DNA of 64,000 nucleotides from a virus (Duplodnaviria > Caudoviricetes). A program made the position numbers and the translations under genes. Shown piece after piece: positions 28,935-38,633 of the stretch (its first letter is position 1; each line of letters opens with the position of its first letter). The stretch lies in the IMG/VR virus record IMGVR_UViG_3300046007_004004, positions 802 through 64,801 of that record; one strand, written 5' to 3'. The notes under the pieces were generated by a model that searched no databases, was not told the origin of the DNA, and saw nothing but the letters and a program-made list of their open reading frames with translations.

Positions 28935-30139
28935 AAATGTTTAGGATTAATTACTAGTTCCTGACTAATATTTATCTCTTTAACGCCTTTCTTCTTGTAT
29001 TTGCTCACATTAAACATATGCGGAAGCAAACATTTTTCGATTTCAGTCTGTAGTCCTCTAGCACCTGTTTTGAGTTGTAGACAATTTTTTGCTAATTGCT
29101 GTATAGCATCTTTACTGAATACCAATTCAACATCGTCTAAACTAAACAAATACTTATATTGGTCTATATAGTTATTTTTTACTTTTGTCAATATTTCTAC
29201 TAATTGCTTTTCTTCTAGATCCTTGACAGAAATTGTAGTAGCAAAACGCCCTATAAATTCAGGAATCAGACCGAATTTAGTTAGATCATCGGGTGTGGTC
29301 TGATCTAGATTTGTTTCAGTGGTGGTGCTTTTAATATCAGCCGAGAACCCTATATTTGTACCTTTAAGTCTATTGCGGATTATATCATTTAATCCTACAA
29401 ACGCGCCGCCGGCAATGAATAATATATTTTTGGTATTGACAGTTATCATATCGCCACTAGGATGTTTACGACCACCTTGGGCGGGTATTCTACATACGGT
29501 TCCTTCTACCAACTTGAGTAGTGCTTGTTGCACGCCTTCACCCGAAACGTCACGGGTGATGCTAGTGCTTTCGCTTTTACGTGCGATTTTATCGATCTCG
29601 TCGATAAAGACGATTCCCTTTTCAGCGAGTTTGACATCGCCTCCTGCGGCATGTAATAACATACTGATCATGCTTTCAACGTCATCGCCGACATATCCAG
29701 CTTCAGTTAGGCTAGTAGCATCAGCGATCACGAAGGGAACATTAAGAAATTTTGCAGCCATTTTAGCTAGCAATGTTTTGCCTGATCCTGTAGGACCCAA
29801 CAATAACACATTACCCTTTTGTATTTCAAAATCAGGTGGAGGATTGATGATTCGCTTATAATGATTAGCGATTGCAACGCTAAGAACGATTTTAGCCTGC
29901 TCTTGCCCTACGATGTAATCATCTAAATAATTCTTAATTTGGATAGCATCAACCTGCTTAAGATTAGGCTCTTTAGCCTTCTCCTCATCTTCAGGTTTTA
30001 CGTCACGTACAATAAGGTCATGACAAAGAGTTGAGCAATGATCGCATATCGCAACATCACCAGACACTATCAATTTTTTTCTTTTATCCTTATGCTCACC
30101 GCAAAAAGAACAGTGGCTTAAATGTTTTTCTTCTGACAT
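28931..30139 (-). CDS. clpX: ClpX AAA+ unfoldase
   Basis: CSFCG Zn domain, [24 protein letters not shown] loop, GARGL. Confidence 0.97.
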   Translation of the reverse strand: MSEEKHLSHCSFCGEHKDKRKKLIVSGDVAICDHCSTLCHDLIVRDVKPEDEEKAKEPNLKQVDAIQIKNYLDDYIVGQEQAKIVLSVAIANHYKRIINPPPDFEIQKGNVLLLGPTGSGKTLLAKMAAKFLNVPFVIADATSLTEAGYVGDDVESMISMLLHAAGGDVKLAEKGIVFIDEIDKIARKSESTSITRDVSGEGVQQALLKLVEGTVCRIPAQGGRKHPSGDMITVNTKNILFIAGGAFVGLNDIIRNRLKGTNIGFSADIKSTTTETNLDQTTPDDLTKFGLIPEFIGRFATTISVKDLEEKQLVEILTKVKNNYIDQYKYLFSLDDVELVFSKDAIQQLAKNCLQLKTGARGLQTEIEKCLLPHMFNVSKYKKKGVKEINISQELVINPKHL

Positions 30140-30168
30140 AAAGTTATTTAATTAAAATGTAAATGCTA

Positions 30169-31140
30169 TCAATTTTTACAATCTTTTTTAGAAACCAGTT
30201 CCACAACAATGTTGTTAATTGTAGTTTTAGCATTAATCTGCATAGTAACATAATTTTTTGCAACCATGTTACTATTGATAGACATGGCATCATATGGATA
30301 GCCTATCTGATACATAGTTCTATTTTCTTCATCTACTAGTTTAGTACAAGTTGATTGCAAAACTTTGTCATTGATATCGTACATAGTAGCCTTGACATGT
30401 GGCTCATTGCTATCACGCATCTTCATAGCAATGATATCGTATCTTAAGGTATCAGTTAAATTATACTGAACAAAATCCCAGTCTGCTTTTTTATAAAACC
30501 TGATGGGGATTCCAGGTACTTCATTATACTGTTGATACCATTTCTTCTTTACACTAAACTTTTTTAGTGTAGATTCCATCGCGTCTAAAAATTCCTTATT
30601 CCAGATTACAGCATAAGGAACAACAACATACAACCTGCGTCCATCATCTTCAGTAATATAAGGCTTTCTATACTCTAGAAGTTCAAAAGCATGATATGGA
30701 AAATCATCCATGACCTGTTCGATGAACCTATCCCCGTATTGCTTTTCAGATTGATATGATTTTACAGTCGATTGTAAATCATCCTTATTAAACTGATTAT
30801 AAATTTCTGATTGATTAAACAATCGCTTACTTTGATTTGCTTGCTCTAAAGTAATTTGCATTGATACTGTGTATCCGTTGTTGCTATTACTTTCATCAAG
30901 CACTATAGCCTTAGTAACTCTACAGGAACTATAAACTGATATCCTAGTATCGCGCATTTCATAGTCTTTAAGTTTTTTATCACTTAACACTGCCACGCCA
31001 CAATACTGTTGTGATGCTTTACTAAAAGCATCATCTTTTGCCTTGTCTTTAGTGACACCGTTACCCTCAACAATAACGGTTTGGCTAGCAACCGCGAGGC
31101 TACTAACCAAACCGAATATAATTGCTGATAATGCCTTCAC
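30169..31140 (-). CDS. exported (periplasmic) protein
   Basis: Signal peptide; FlgT/LPP20-like N-terminal pattern VEGNG.T...A..DA. Confidence 0.55.
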   Translation of the reverse strand: MKALSAIIFGLVSSLAVASQTVIVEGNGVTKDKAKDDAFSKASQQYCGVAVLSDKKLKDYEMRDTRISVYSSCRVTKAIVLDESNSNNGYTVSMQITLEQANQSKRLFNQSEIYNQFNKDDLQSTVKSYQSEKQYGDRFIEQVMDDFPYHAFELLEYRKPYITEDDGRRLYVVVPYAVIWNKEFLDAMESTLKKFSVKKKWYQQYNEVPGIPIRFYKKADWDFVQYNLTDTLRYDIIAMKMRDSNEPHVKATMYDINDKVLQSTCTKLVDEENRTMYQIGYPYDAMSINSNMVAKNYVTMQINAKTTINNIVVELVSKKDCKN

Positions 31141-31142
31141 AA

Positions 31143-31736
31143 TTACAGACCGCGAGCCTGCATCATTAGGTCAGTATTCTTGCGAGTCCAACCCATAGTG
31201 CAACTTACTTCCTGCTTGCCAACAACATCCTGTCTGACAGGCTGCCAACCCTGCAAGAATCGTTCGCTTGAACGTCTCACAGTATTAGTGACAACAACAT
31301 TGGTGTCGTTACTATTTTGACGATTGCTAGACTCTGTGCGACCAACATCACGATCACTGTTTTCAGTTTCTTGGCTTTCAGACAATTCCTTGCTATTACC
31401 AACCCTTTCAACAGTACGGAAACTTTGTGTGCGTTCGCCCATCCAATGCGCTACGTTAGCCATTGCATAACTACAGGCAGACTCCATTGCATTCTTGCGG
31501 TTATTAGTAGTTCCGCCATTGCTGGGTGCTGTACTAGTAGATTCAATCGCTACAATCTCACAAGTACGACCAAACATCTTACCGATTGCACCGCAATTTT
31601 TGCTGGTTACCTTAAGACCCTCAGCAACAAAGTCGGTACTGAGTTCTTCTTCACGAACGGTGTCAACCCTTGCTGGACCTGTAGCACAAGCGCCCAAAGT
31701 CAGCAAAACACTAGCCATAATCAACTTACTCTTCAT
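31143..31736 (-). CDS. lipoprotein
   Basis: Lipobox LGAC; promoter TTGACC-17-TATACT upstream. Confidence 0.7.
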   Translation of the reverse strand: MKSKLIMASVLLTLGACATGPARVDTVREEELSTDFVAEGLKVTSKNCGAIGKMFGRTCEIVAIESTSTAPSNGGTTNNRKNAMESACSYAMANVAHWMGERTQSFRTVERVGNSKELSESQETENSDRDVGRTESSNRQNSNDTNVVVTNTVRRSSERFLQGWQPVRQDVVGKQEVSCTMGWTRKNTDLMMQARGL

Positions 31737-31795
31737 AACACGTTACTCCATAGTTGTAGAACGTATTATAAGTATACTAGTGTCTATTATTTAGG

Positions 31796-32437
31796 TCAAG
31801 TATTTTGGTTACCTTTTAGATAACTTTCAATCTCAGCACGTTCTGCGTCACTTAAACTATCCAAATCGTATTCACCCGAACCAATTTTTTCTACTAGAAA
31901 CTTGATATACTCTTGGTCATAAAGGTAACTTTGGGTAGACGCTTTGTTGATTTCAATCCATTTATTACCATCAAATTTATATACGCGATTTGGATTGACA
32001 TCGACACGTACAAATATATCGCCCTTAGCGGCTATTTTAGGAAATGTTGTACCGAAATTGCTACTAATTTGGTAATTGCCTGCTGAATCTGCTTTTATTG
32101 AAAATAGGTCTGGGCGTAGTTCCTTTAGTGCGTTACGTTGAAATAGTCTTTGTTCAAATTCAACGTAGCCACCACCTTTATCGTGTACAGGGGTTACACC
32201 TTCAGTGATTATTTCTTTAGTTTGTTTTTCAATCGCTGGAACAACTTTAACGTCGGGCTTTTCTGCCAGTCCGTTAGGTTTTGCCAATTTAATTTTTCTT
32301 TTAGGTTCAAATTTGACCTTTTTGTAATTTTTTCTAGATTCAGTTTTTTTAATCTTTCTAGTTTTATTAGATCGAATTTTGGCAACTTTAGGTTTTTGAG
32401 ATTGCTTAGTGACAGCTTTTCTTTTAACTTTTTTTTT
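31796..32437 (-). CDS. C-terminal extension of the 33450 membrane protein, reached by a probable -1 frameshift
   Basis: -1 frame open from the A9G run to stop at 31796; no ATG start; FGTTFP...GDIFVRVD..PNRVYKFDG.KWIE. Confidence 0.6.
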   Translation of the reverse strand, partial: KKKVKRKAVTKQSQKPKVAKIRSNKTRKIKKTESRKNYKKVKFEPKRKIKLAKPNGLAEKPDVKVVPAIEKQTKEIITEGVTPVHDKGGGYVEFEQRLFQRNALKELRPDLFSIKADSAGNYQISSNFGTTFPKIAAKGDIFVRVDVNPNRVYKFDGNKWIEINKASTQSYLYDQEYIKFLVEKIGSGEYDLDSLSDAERAEIESYLKGNQNT

Positions 32438-33450
32438 ACAGGATTTACCTGCTCTTTTTTCACTATGCCGCCGTCTGCGGTCATTTCAAAATTAGCCGCT
32501 GTAGGTTCTGGTTCCTTTAAAGGATCCATTACAGGAGTAGCTCTGCTTTCTTTTTCGCTGTCATCTAAAGGCAGATATCCGTCACTTCCTGTATCTACAA
32601 ATTTTTCTATCTTCTTTTCTTCCTTCTTTTCAAATTCCCATTTGTAACTGCTGATAGCAGCGATAACTAGCATCAATGCTAATGGGTCGAACACGAAAAT
32701 GAGTAGTATGATAACCCAACGCACAGCACGTTCTAATGTTGCCGTGTCTGGATTGTCGCCGTAAATCAATGCAGCGATATATTTGATTGGACCAACTTCT
32801 GCCTCTATCTGGCGATACTTACTAGCGATTGGAGCCTTTTCTATATTGATTTTTTGTATTTCGGCATTGCTGGCTTCGATACGTTTCTGCGCGGCAGCAA
32901 TCTCACTATTGAGTGAGTTACGCTCTCTACGTTGCTGTGCGCGTATCTGTACCGCTCTTTCTACGCTAGCCTCGCTATCACCGCGATCAAGTCTGGCAGT
33001 CAACTGAGCATCCATCTGACTCAATGTTTTACGTGCGGCTTCAATATTCTGACGCTCACTAAGGATCAACTCTTTTTGTATTGCAATCTTATCATCAAAT
33101 AACTGTATTTGTGCAGCAACGTCGCCAGTAGGTATTCCTTGATCCATGTGTGCTTTTGACAGGAAGCCAAAAATACCCATGCTTGTTACAAGTGCAAGGA
33201 CTATGACAGCACCAGTCAGATAAGTTTTCATTGCCCATTTGCAATTGTCCCAATATCTATGTAGCCAAACGGTCGTGACGACCTTGGCAATTTCAAGGCT
33301 TGCGCCCATGATAATGATGGGTATTACTGCTGCGGCGAATATAGCAGTCAAGCCTACAACACTGTACCAAGCCGCTATGCCGCTCAATACTAGCGCGGTA
33401 ATTAGTGCTAACGTGCTGAGGCTAAATATCTTCCTAAATAGTAGTGGCAT
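32209..33450 (-). CDS. multi-TM coiled-coil membrane protein
   Basis: Three N-terminal TMs, coiled coil, EAEVGPIKYIA, FVFDPLA TM. Confidence 0.75.
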   Translation of the reverse strand: MPLLFRKIFSLSTLALITALVLSGIAAWYSVVGLTAIFAAAVIPIIIMGASLEIAKVVTTVWLHRYWDNCKWAMKTYLTGAVIVLALVTSMGIFGFLSKAHMDQGIPTGDVAAQIQLFDDKIAIQKELILSERQNIEAARKTLSQMDAQLTARLDRGDSEASVERAVQIRAQQRRERNSLNSEIAAAQKRIEASNAEIQKINIEKAPIASKYRQIEAEVGPIKYIAALIYGDNPDTATLERAVRWVIILLIFVFDPLALMLVIAAISSYKWEFEKKEEKKIEKFVDTGSDGYLPLDDSEKESRATPVMDPLKEPEPTAANFEMTADGGIVKKEQVNPVKKKLKEKLSLSNLKNLKLPKFDLIKLERLKKLNLEKITKRSNLNLKEKLNWQNLTDWQKSPTLKLFQRLKNKLKK

Positions 33451-33488
33451 TATAATATTTATTGTTGTTTGAACCTATATAACGTATA

Positions 33489-33707
33489 TTATTCTCTAGG
33501 TTCAGGAGGCTCACCTTCTCCGAACAAGTAGCCATATGTGCCTAAAAATTCTTGTAGACTCATGACCAATTTGCGTGGTATACCTGGACCTTGCTGGACA
33601 TGGTATGTAACGAGGTAATCTTCATCACCTCGCCATTTTATTTGTATGACTTCTAGCCAGTCTCCGTCACCGAAAACATATTTTTGTCCAATTAAATCTT
33701 GTCTCAA
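33489..33707 (-). CDS. hypothetical protein
   Basis: ORF in operon. Confidence 0.6.
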   Translation of the reverse strand: MRQDLIGQKYVFGDGDWLEVIQIKWRGDEDYLVTYHVQQGPGIPRKLVMSLQEFLGTYGYLFGEGEPPEPRE

Positions 33708-34009
33708 TCGTCTAGTTCCTGCTCATTATCAATCTCATAACTAATATCATAACCGCCCTTACGGTCACTGAACCAGTCATCATAACGGTCATAGTTGTAA
33801 TTTTCTGTAAACTCAACAAAATTGTCAGTCTCTTCATCGCTAGGAGCATCACCAAAAGGTTTACTATCCCAGTCATCAGTGCTATTCATGTGACTTACAA
33901 TTTCTTTAAAACGATCAATGCTTCCAAACTTCTCAATGATATCCTCATCGGGGATGTCATAGGTAAAATGGCTATGAACGGTGTGGTACTCAATACGCTT
34001 GAATTGCAT
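33704..34009 (-). CDS. acidic hypothetical protein
   Basis: SD AGGAG. Confidence 0.6.
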   Translation of the reverse strand: MQFKRIEYHTVHSHFTYDIPDEDIIEKFGSIDRFKEIVSHMNSTDDWDSKPFGDAPSDEETDNFVEFTENYNYDRYDDWFSDRKGGYDISYEIDNEQELDD

Positions 34010-34032
34010 AATATTCTCCTACATTTATTATA

Positions 34033-35364
34033 TCACTTATCGTCACGAAATCTAACGAAACGGGGAAACCTAAGACTATAGCTACCATCTTGGTTCTGCG
34101 TTATTGCATCGGCAAGGACTTCGGCAGTCCGTCCAATAACCACATTACTATTAGTCCAGTAGTCGTCCCTATCACTGTCGCTATAACCACTGCCAACATT
34201 GACACGAATAGTTTTTCCATCGTCTACGCCCTCGCAAACTAGAGCACCAAGACGGCCACTATTCCTTCCCGTGCCCTCTTCTATATTTACTACAGTCAAA
34301 TCAACTGTAATCGTGGGCTTCCACTTTAGCCAACTTGTATTACGCTTACATTCATATGGAGCGTTCAGTTCTTTGATCATGATGCCTTCAAAGCCTGCGA
34401 CAACCATATCGTTAGCATAACGCTTGAGTTGGTTCTGACCTTCAACGCTATTCAAGTCAACCTTGATATGCGGAAGCAATTCTACATTGGGCATGTCATC
34501 AATGATGGGACGCAACTTTTCAAGTATGTCAATACGCTTGTGCAGTTGTGCGTTCCAGAAACCACGAGTCCAATCATCGGCAGGGATGATATCGAACACA
34601 TTGAACACGCTATCAGTAGCATTGACATCTTCTTTGCGGCGTGCCTGACGCATCAATTCTTGGAACGTGCGACCAGTTACTTCGCCATCAAGCCAGAAGC
34701 CATACTTCAATGTACGATCACCATTGGCAGCAACCAACTTATGAAAGTTCTTTTCAACTTGTCGTTGGATATGACCAAAGTTATCAAACACTTTACCATT
34801 GCGGCTATAGCAAGTGCTAGCCGCACTGCCTCTAACATGCAGCAATACACGCACACCGTCAAGTTTAGGCTCAAGTCGCTTGATACCACTCATCTCAGGG
34901 CGACCCTCACAGTTGGTCGCTAACTGACAACCAAAGATAGGAATCTCGTATTCTGATTTCTTGACAACCTTGTTGAAGGTCTTGTCACTGATACCGCAAC
35001 GCAAATCCTTGCGAATGACATTGCGACAAAAGTTATTCCACTCATCACTGTCAAAACGATCAGCCATAGCCTGAACACGATCACGGGCTTCGTTACCTGT
35101 GATTTCACGATTACACAAATCAGCTAACAGGTCGTCAAACTCACCCCAAGGATTTTCACGACCAGTGATGCCCTCTTCAATCTCGGGCACTTGTCGCAAA
35201 CCATATGTGATATAAGGATTGTAGGCAGCATAAACAAAATGTAAAAACAGTTTACAACTTTCATTATCAAGCACTGCCATCTCATAGGCTTGCTTGATGA
35301 CATCTTCTTTGTGAAGGCGGCTGTCACTCTCGTTCAACTTATGAATCCAATATGCCATGCTCAT
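34033..35364 (-). CDS. ATP-dependent DNA ligase
   Basis: EPKLDGVR (KxDG), LDGE, EGIMIK, WLKWK, SLRFPRF. Confidence 0.96.
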   Translation of the reverse strand: MSMAYWIHKLNESDSRLHKEDVIKQAYEMAVLDNESCKLFLHFVYAAYNPYITYGLRQVPEIEEGITGRENPWGEFDDLLADLCNREITGNEARDRVQAMADRFDSDEWNNFCRNVIRKDLRCGISDKTFNKVVKKSEYEIPIFGCQLATNCEGRPEMSGIKRLEPKLDGVRVLLHVRGSAASTCYSRNGKVFDNFGHIQRQVEKNFHKLVAANGDRTLKYGFWLDGEVTGRTFQELMRQARRKEDVNATDSVFNVFDIIPADDWTRGFWNAQLHKRIDILEKLRPIIDDMPNVELLPHIKVDLNSVEGQNQLKRYANDMVVAGFEGIMIKELNAPYECKRNTSWLKWKPTITVDLTVVNIEEGTGRNSGRLGALVCEGVDDGKTIRVNVGSGYSDSDRDDYWTNSNVVIGRTAEVLADAITQNQDGSYSLRFPRFVRFRDDK

Positions 35365-35759
35365 TTGTTTAGCTCCATCCACATAAGAATCTTGTCAATC
35401 GTTTCGCATATCTCAGGGTAGTTACTACGCTTGTCATAGATACCCCACATCTTTACAAATCCGTCTTTGACCCTACGATTTTTATAATATTCAATACGGT
35501 TAGGTACCCAACCTACTTGATACTTATAACCTTTCGTTGGACTACCATGGACCAATATCACAGTATCAATACTTGTGTATTTGTGATTATGATCCCATTC
35601 ATAGCGATAATATGTACAGTAAGCAGCCCAGACACGACCGTCGGGATGGACACAGAAATACTTGAAATCGCTTGGTACATCAAATACATGACCTATGTAC
35701 TTACTTCTGTGTCGCCCGACATGTATTGCCTGCTCTACGATCTTATTGATATCTACCAT
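35361..35759 (-). CDS. hypothetical protein
   Basis: ORF in operon. Confidence 0.55.
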   Translation of the reverse strand: MVDINKIVEQAIHVGRHRSKYIGHVFDVPSDFKYFCVHPDGRVWAAYCTYYRYEWDHNHKYTSIDTVILVHGSPTKGYKYQVGWVPNRIEYYKNRRVKDGFVKMWGIYDKRSNYPEICETIDKILMWMELNK

Positions 35760-35760
35760 A

Positions 35761-36075
35761 TCACGCCTTCAGTAATGCCCAAACTAGATGCTTCTCAACT
35801 TGCTCTCTTACTTTAGCAAATTGTTTAGTTTTATACAAGTCCGATTTGTCCATATACTCAAGTTCCATTACAGCCCTATATCTGTAATCGCCGCGGTCCA
35901 AATACGGTATAGTTTTACAACGCAATTTACCATTGCGTTTACCATATAGGACTAACGCTTTTAGATTAAATAACAAATCGGGGTATATTTCCTTATCGCA
36001 AGGTACTTCAACAATAGCATACACATTGTCACTATTGCCGCGCTCCTGATGACCTAGAAAATATATATGTTTCAT
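35761..36075 (-). CDS. hypothetical protein, WGR-like
   Basis: SDNVY...YGKRNGKL pattern. Confidence 0.5.
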   Translation of the reverse strand: MKHIYFLGHQERGNSDNVYAIVEVPCDKEIYPDLLFNLKALVLYGKRNGKLRCKTIPYLDRGDYRYRAVMELEYMDKSDLYKTKQFAKVREQVEKHLVWALLKA

Positions 36076-36078
36076 ATC

Positions 36079-36303
36079 TTAGGAATACCTCAACACAAAC
36101 ATAGTATACAACTTTTCATCGCCAAATTCAAGATAATCTCTAACATACTTACTTAAGACATATCGGGCTTTATAAGGCTCTAAAAATTTTTGTATTCTTA
36201 GTAATGGAACTTCTTCAAAATAAAATTCTTGTAACTCGACTATAAAGTTTTGCCAATATACAGGACAATTACAATAACTTTTTTCTAAATTTACAACAAT
36301 CAT
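36079..36303 (-). CDS. 'FxLRY/W' family small protein
   Basis: LEFGDEKLYTMFVLRYS. Confidence 0.55.
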   Translation of the reverse strand: MIVVNLEKSYCNCPVYWQNFIVELQEFYFEEVPLLRIQKFLEPYKARYVLSKYVRDYLEFGDEKLYTMFVLRYS

Positions 36304-36968
36304 GAAATCTTTACACGATTCAACTGAGTTTGATTATTATCTTGCCGCTTTACAGTACCAGCAATGTTCAATACATTGCCCACAGTCACTTCCTGCTTGT
36401 AACTAAAAAACACAGCCTGGTCGCTTGACGTAATACCAGTCACAAAGTATGTGAACCATTTCTGACTATACACACACTTCAACACTTCAACCTGTGTTTT
36501 GATACGCTCACCAACAGTACCGATATAGCCACCTTGACTATATTTCACACGGCGATCACGCTGGTCACGCTGTAGATTTGCCTGATATGAGTTTGGCATG
36601 CTTGCCAATACAGCAACATCGTAACCCTCTGTCACAGTTTCCTTCTGTAACAAGGTCAGCATGTTACGTTCAAAGTCACTCATGTATTCGCCGGTAAGCA
36701 ACTTGAAGGTTTTACCGTTCCAGTATGAGCGTACCTTTTCAGCCATATCACGATCAATATCCATGATATGTTCGGGCTGCTCAATATAAGTTTCTACCAA
36801 TTGACGATTGGTAGTATACTTTACAACCTCACCTTTATCGTTAACGAAAATGCCTTCGTCAAGATTGTACTTGATATACTTGTTACCATTGACACGCTGT
36901 GCCGCACAGGCTGCGCTCAACACCAGCATAGTGTCATACTCTTTACGAACTTTTGATTTGCGGGGCAT
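36300..36968 (-). CDS. protein with C-terminal OB fold
   Basis: IGTVGER...IAGTVK...TQLNRVK. Confidence 0.65.
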   Translation of the reverse strand: MPRKSKVRKEYDTMLVLSAACAAQRVNGNKYIKYNLDEGIFVNDKGEVVKYTTNRQLVETYIEQPEHIMDIDRDMAEKVRSYWNGKTFKLLTGEYMSDFERNMLTLLQKETVTEGYDVAVLASMPNSYQANLQRDQRDRRVKYSQGGYIGTVGERIKTQVEVLKCVYSQKWFTYFVTGITSSDQAVFFSYKQEVTVGNVLNIAGTVKRQDNNQTQLNRVKIS

Positions 36969-36969
36969 A

Positions 36970-37308
36970 TTACTTATGACACAGTTCAAAGATGATGCTA
37001 GCACGACCGTTTTTAATAATGTAATTGTTGTTTTTAGCAAACGCCATTACGTCACGATACTCCGGACTGAACTTGTCAACACTCTGAGGTGCCTCAATCT
37101 TGACAGTCATAAAAGTTTCACGATAATTTAGAAACGTCCTACGTCGAAAGAAAGCATTGTCTACCATGTCCTTGAACTTGAGACCCTGCTCAATCTCGTT
37201 GGGGGTAAACTTCTCTTTGTTCTTGCGATTCTGTTGCTCAACGTCCCTACGTGCGATAAAAGCACCCTGCGGGCTACGCAAATCTTCGTCAACATCATAG
37301 TACGACAC
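36970..37308 (-). CDS. early hypothetical protein
   Basis: GTG start with SD GGAG, directly under an early promoter. Confidence 0.6.
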   Translation of the reverse strand: MSYYDVDEDLRSPQGAFIARRDVEQQNRKNKEKFTPNEIEQGLKFKDMVDNAFFRRRTFLNYRETFMTVKIEAPQSVDKFSPEYRDVMAFAKNNNYIIKNGRASIIFELCHK

Positions 37309-37338
37309 AACATGTCTCCAGTTATCAACTATAGATAT

Positions 37339-37398
37339 ATTATGCGCCCAAACGTGCCCAAAGTCAACAACTATAAACCGTTATAAATCAATGACTTA
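37339..37398 (-). promoter_or_regulatory. early sigma70 promoter with IHF box
   Basis: TTGACT-17-CATAAT; AATCAATGACTTA at 37386-37398. Confidence 0.8.
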
Positions 37399-37472
37399 GC
37401 GCAGCCGCACTATCTGTAATTCTAGTGTTTTTATGCCCGATTGAGAAAAAGACCCCGAGCCATTCTAACTTT

Positions 37473-38633
37473 TTAGGTTTTTCGAAAAACGAATACGCCT
37501 TCGTGCTTAAATCCTTTTTGTTTTTTATTATTGCCTTTTCCGGGACGCACGTTCAACATCATCTTGATTGTTTCTACGTGCTTGAAATTTAACTTTTCTG
37601 AGATTTCTATCCAACGGTCTGTGATTGCAAACTGATCGTAATCGGCAATATTGACGGCATAGATACCGTCTTTTACTAGACCTCTATGCAGCATCTGAAT
37701 CGTAGGTTCGGCATAGTGATCGAACCATGCATCCAAATTAGTATACTTGTTCATACATTGGGTCGGTTCATCACAGTATATTTCTAAATTAAAATACGGT
37801 GGACTACTAAACGCGGCATCATACTTTCCTTCTTCCGGAACGAAATCCTCGCTACCACAATTATTCATTTGATAACCGCTGCCTAACCCAGCCTCATCCA
37901 ACAAACTACCTAATGCATCAAGACCATTATAGGTTTTTGTATTAGGATCTATGCCTGTATAGTTAAATTTAAATACAGGACTCGTCATAGCACCCAGCAT
38001 TCTGCCACCATAACCTGAACTAAAGTCAAGAACGGAACCGAACATAGTAGGACAAATATATTCAAATATGGCCCTAGCATTCATAGGCTTGAAGTTTTGT
38101 ATAGTGCCGCCCCCAGTCAAATCTAATGCCCTCAATATGCTTTTAGGCATGACGGCATTCTCTCCCTCATTTCTATATTGATAGCAAATTTTAATGGCGG
38201 CCTTCAGTTTTTTATCATTGTTGAATCTATGACGTAGACTGACTTCATCGTAGTTAAAAGTTTTAGCTTCCTGCATATTAGGAAACCAGAATCTACAAAA
38301 CTGCTGTCCTGCTGTTTTACCAGTAGATAAAGTTTTGTTTTGATCTATTTTTGATTCTTTTTTGTTAAGATTTAATAATTCTTTTACACAGCCATCTAGG
38401 GAAAAGTATGTGATAGGGAGTGTGCCTATGCTACGATAAATGTCAAATACATCTTGCTGTATTTTTTTCTTTCCTGCGTCATCAGCCTTGTTCCACTCTT
38501 CTTTGCTTAACTTTTTTAAGTCATTATAAACATGTTCATAGCCTGTAGACTTGTCAGTACTAGGTGTATAATTCCATTCTTTACAAATGTTATCATAGTA
38601 ATTTAACACCTTTTTATTTGTAATGCTTGTCAT
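37473..38633 (-). CDS. amino-DNA methyltransferase (N4-C/N6-A)
   Basis: LDFSSGYGGR (motif I) and FSSPPYF (motif IV). Confidence 0.85.
   Translation of the reverse strand: MTSITNKKVLNYYDNICKEWNYTPSTDKSTGYEHVYNDLKKLSKEEWNKADDAGKKKIQQDVFDIYRSIGTLPITYFSLDGCVKELLNLNKKESKIDQNKTLSTGKTAGQQFCRFWFPNMQEAKTFNYDEVSLRHRFNNDKKLKAAIKICYQYRNEGENAVMPKSILRALDLTGGGTIQNFKPMNARAIFEYICPTMFGSVLDFSSGYGGRMLGAMTSPVFKFNYTGIDPNTKTYNGLDALGSLLDEAGLGSGYQMNNCGSEDFVPEEGKYDAAFSSPPYFNLEIYCDEPTQCMNKYTNLDAWFDHYAEPTIQMLHRGLVKDGIYAVNIADYDQFAITDRWIEISEKLNFKHVETIKMMLNVRPGKGNNKKQKGFKHEGVFVFRKT

Noticed and set aside
37323-37352. dif-like site (TGGGCGCATAA resembles the XerC arm)
   Set aside because: XerD arm matches only about 5/11, and the sequence is the -10 region of the repeated early promoter
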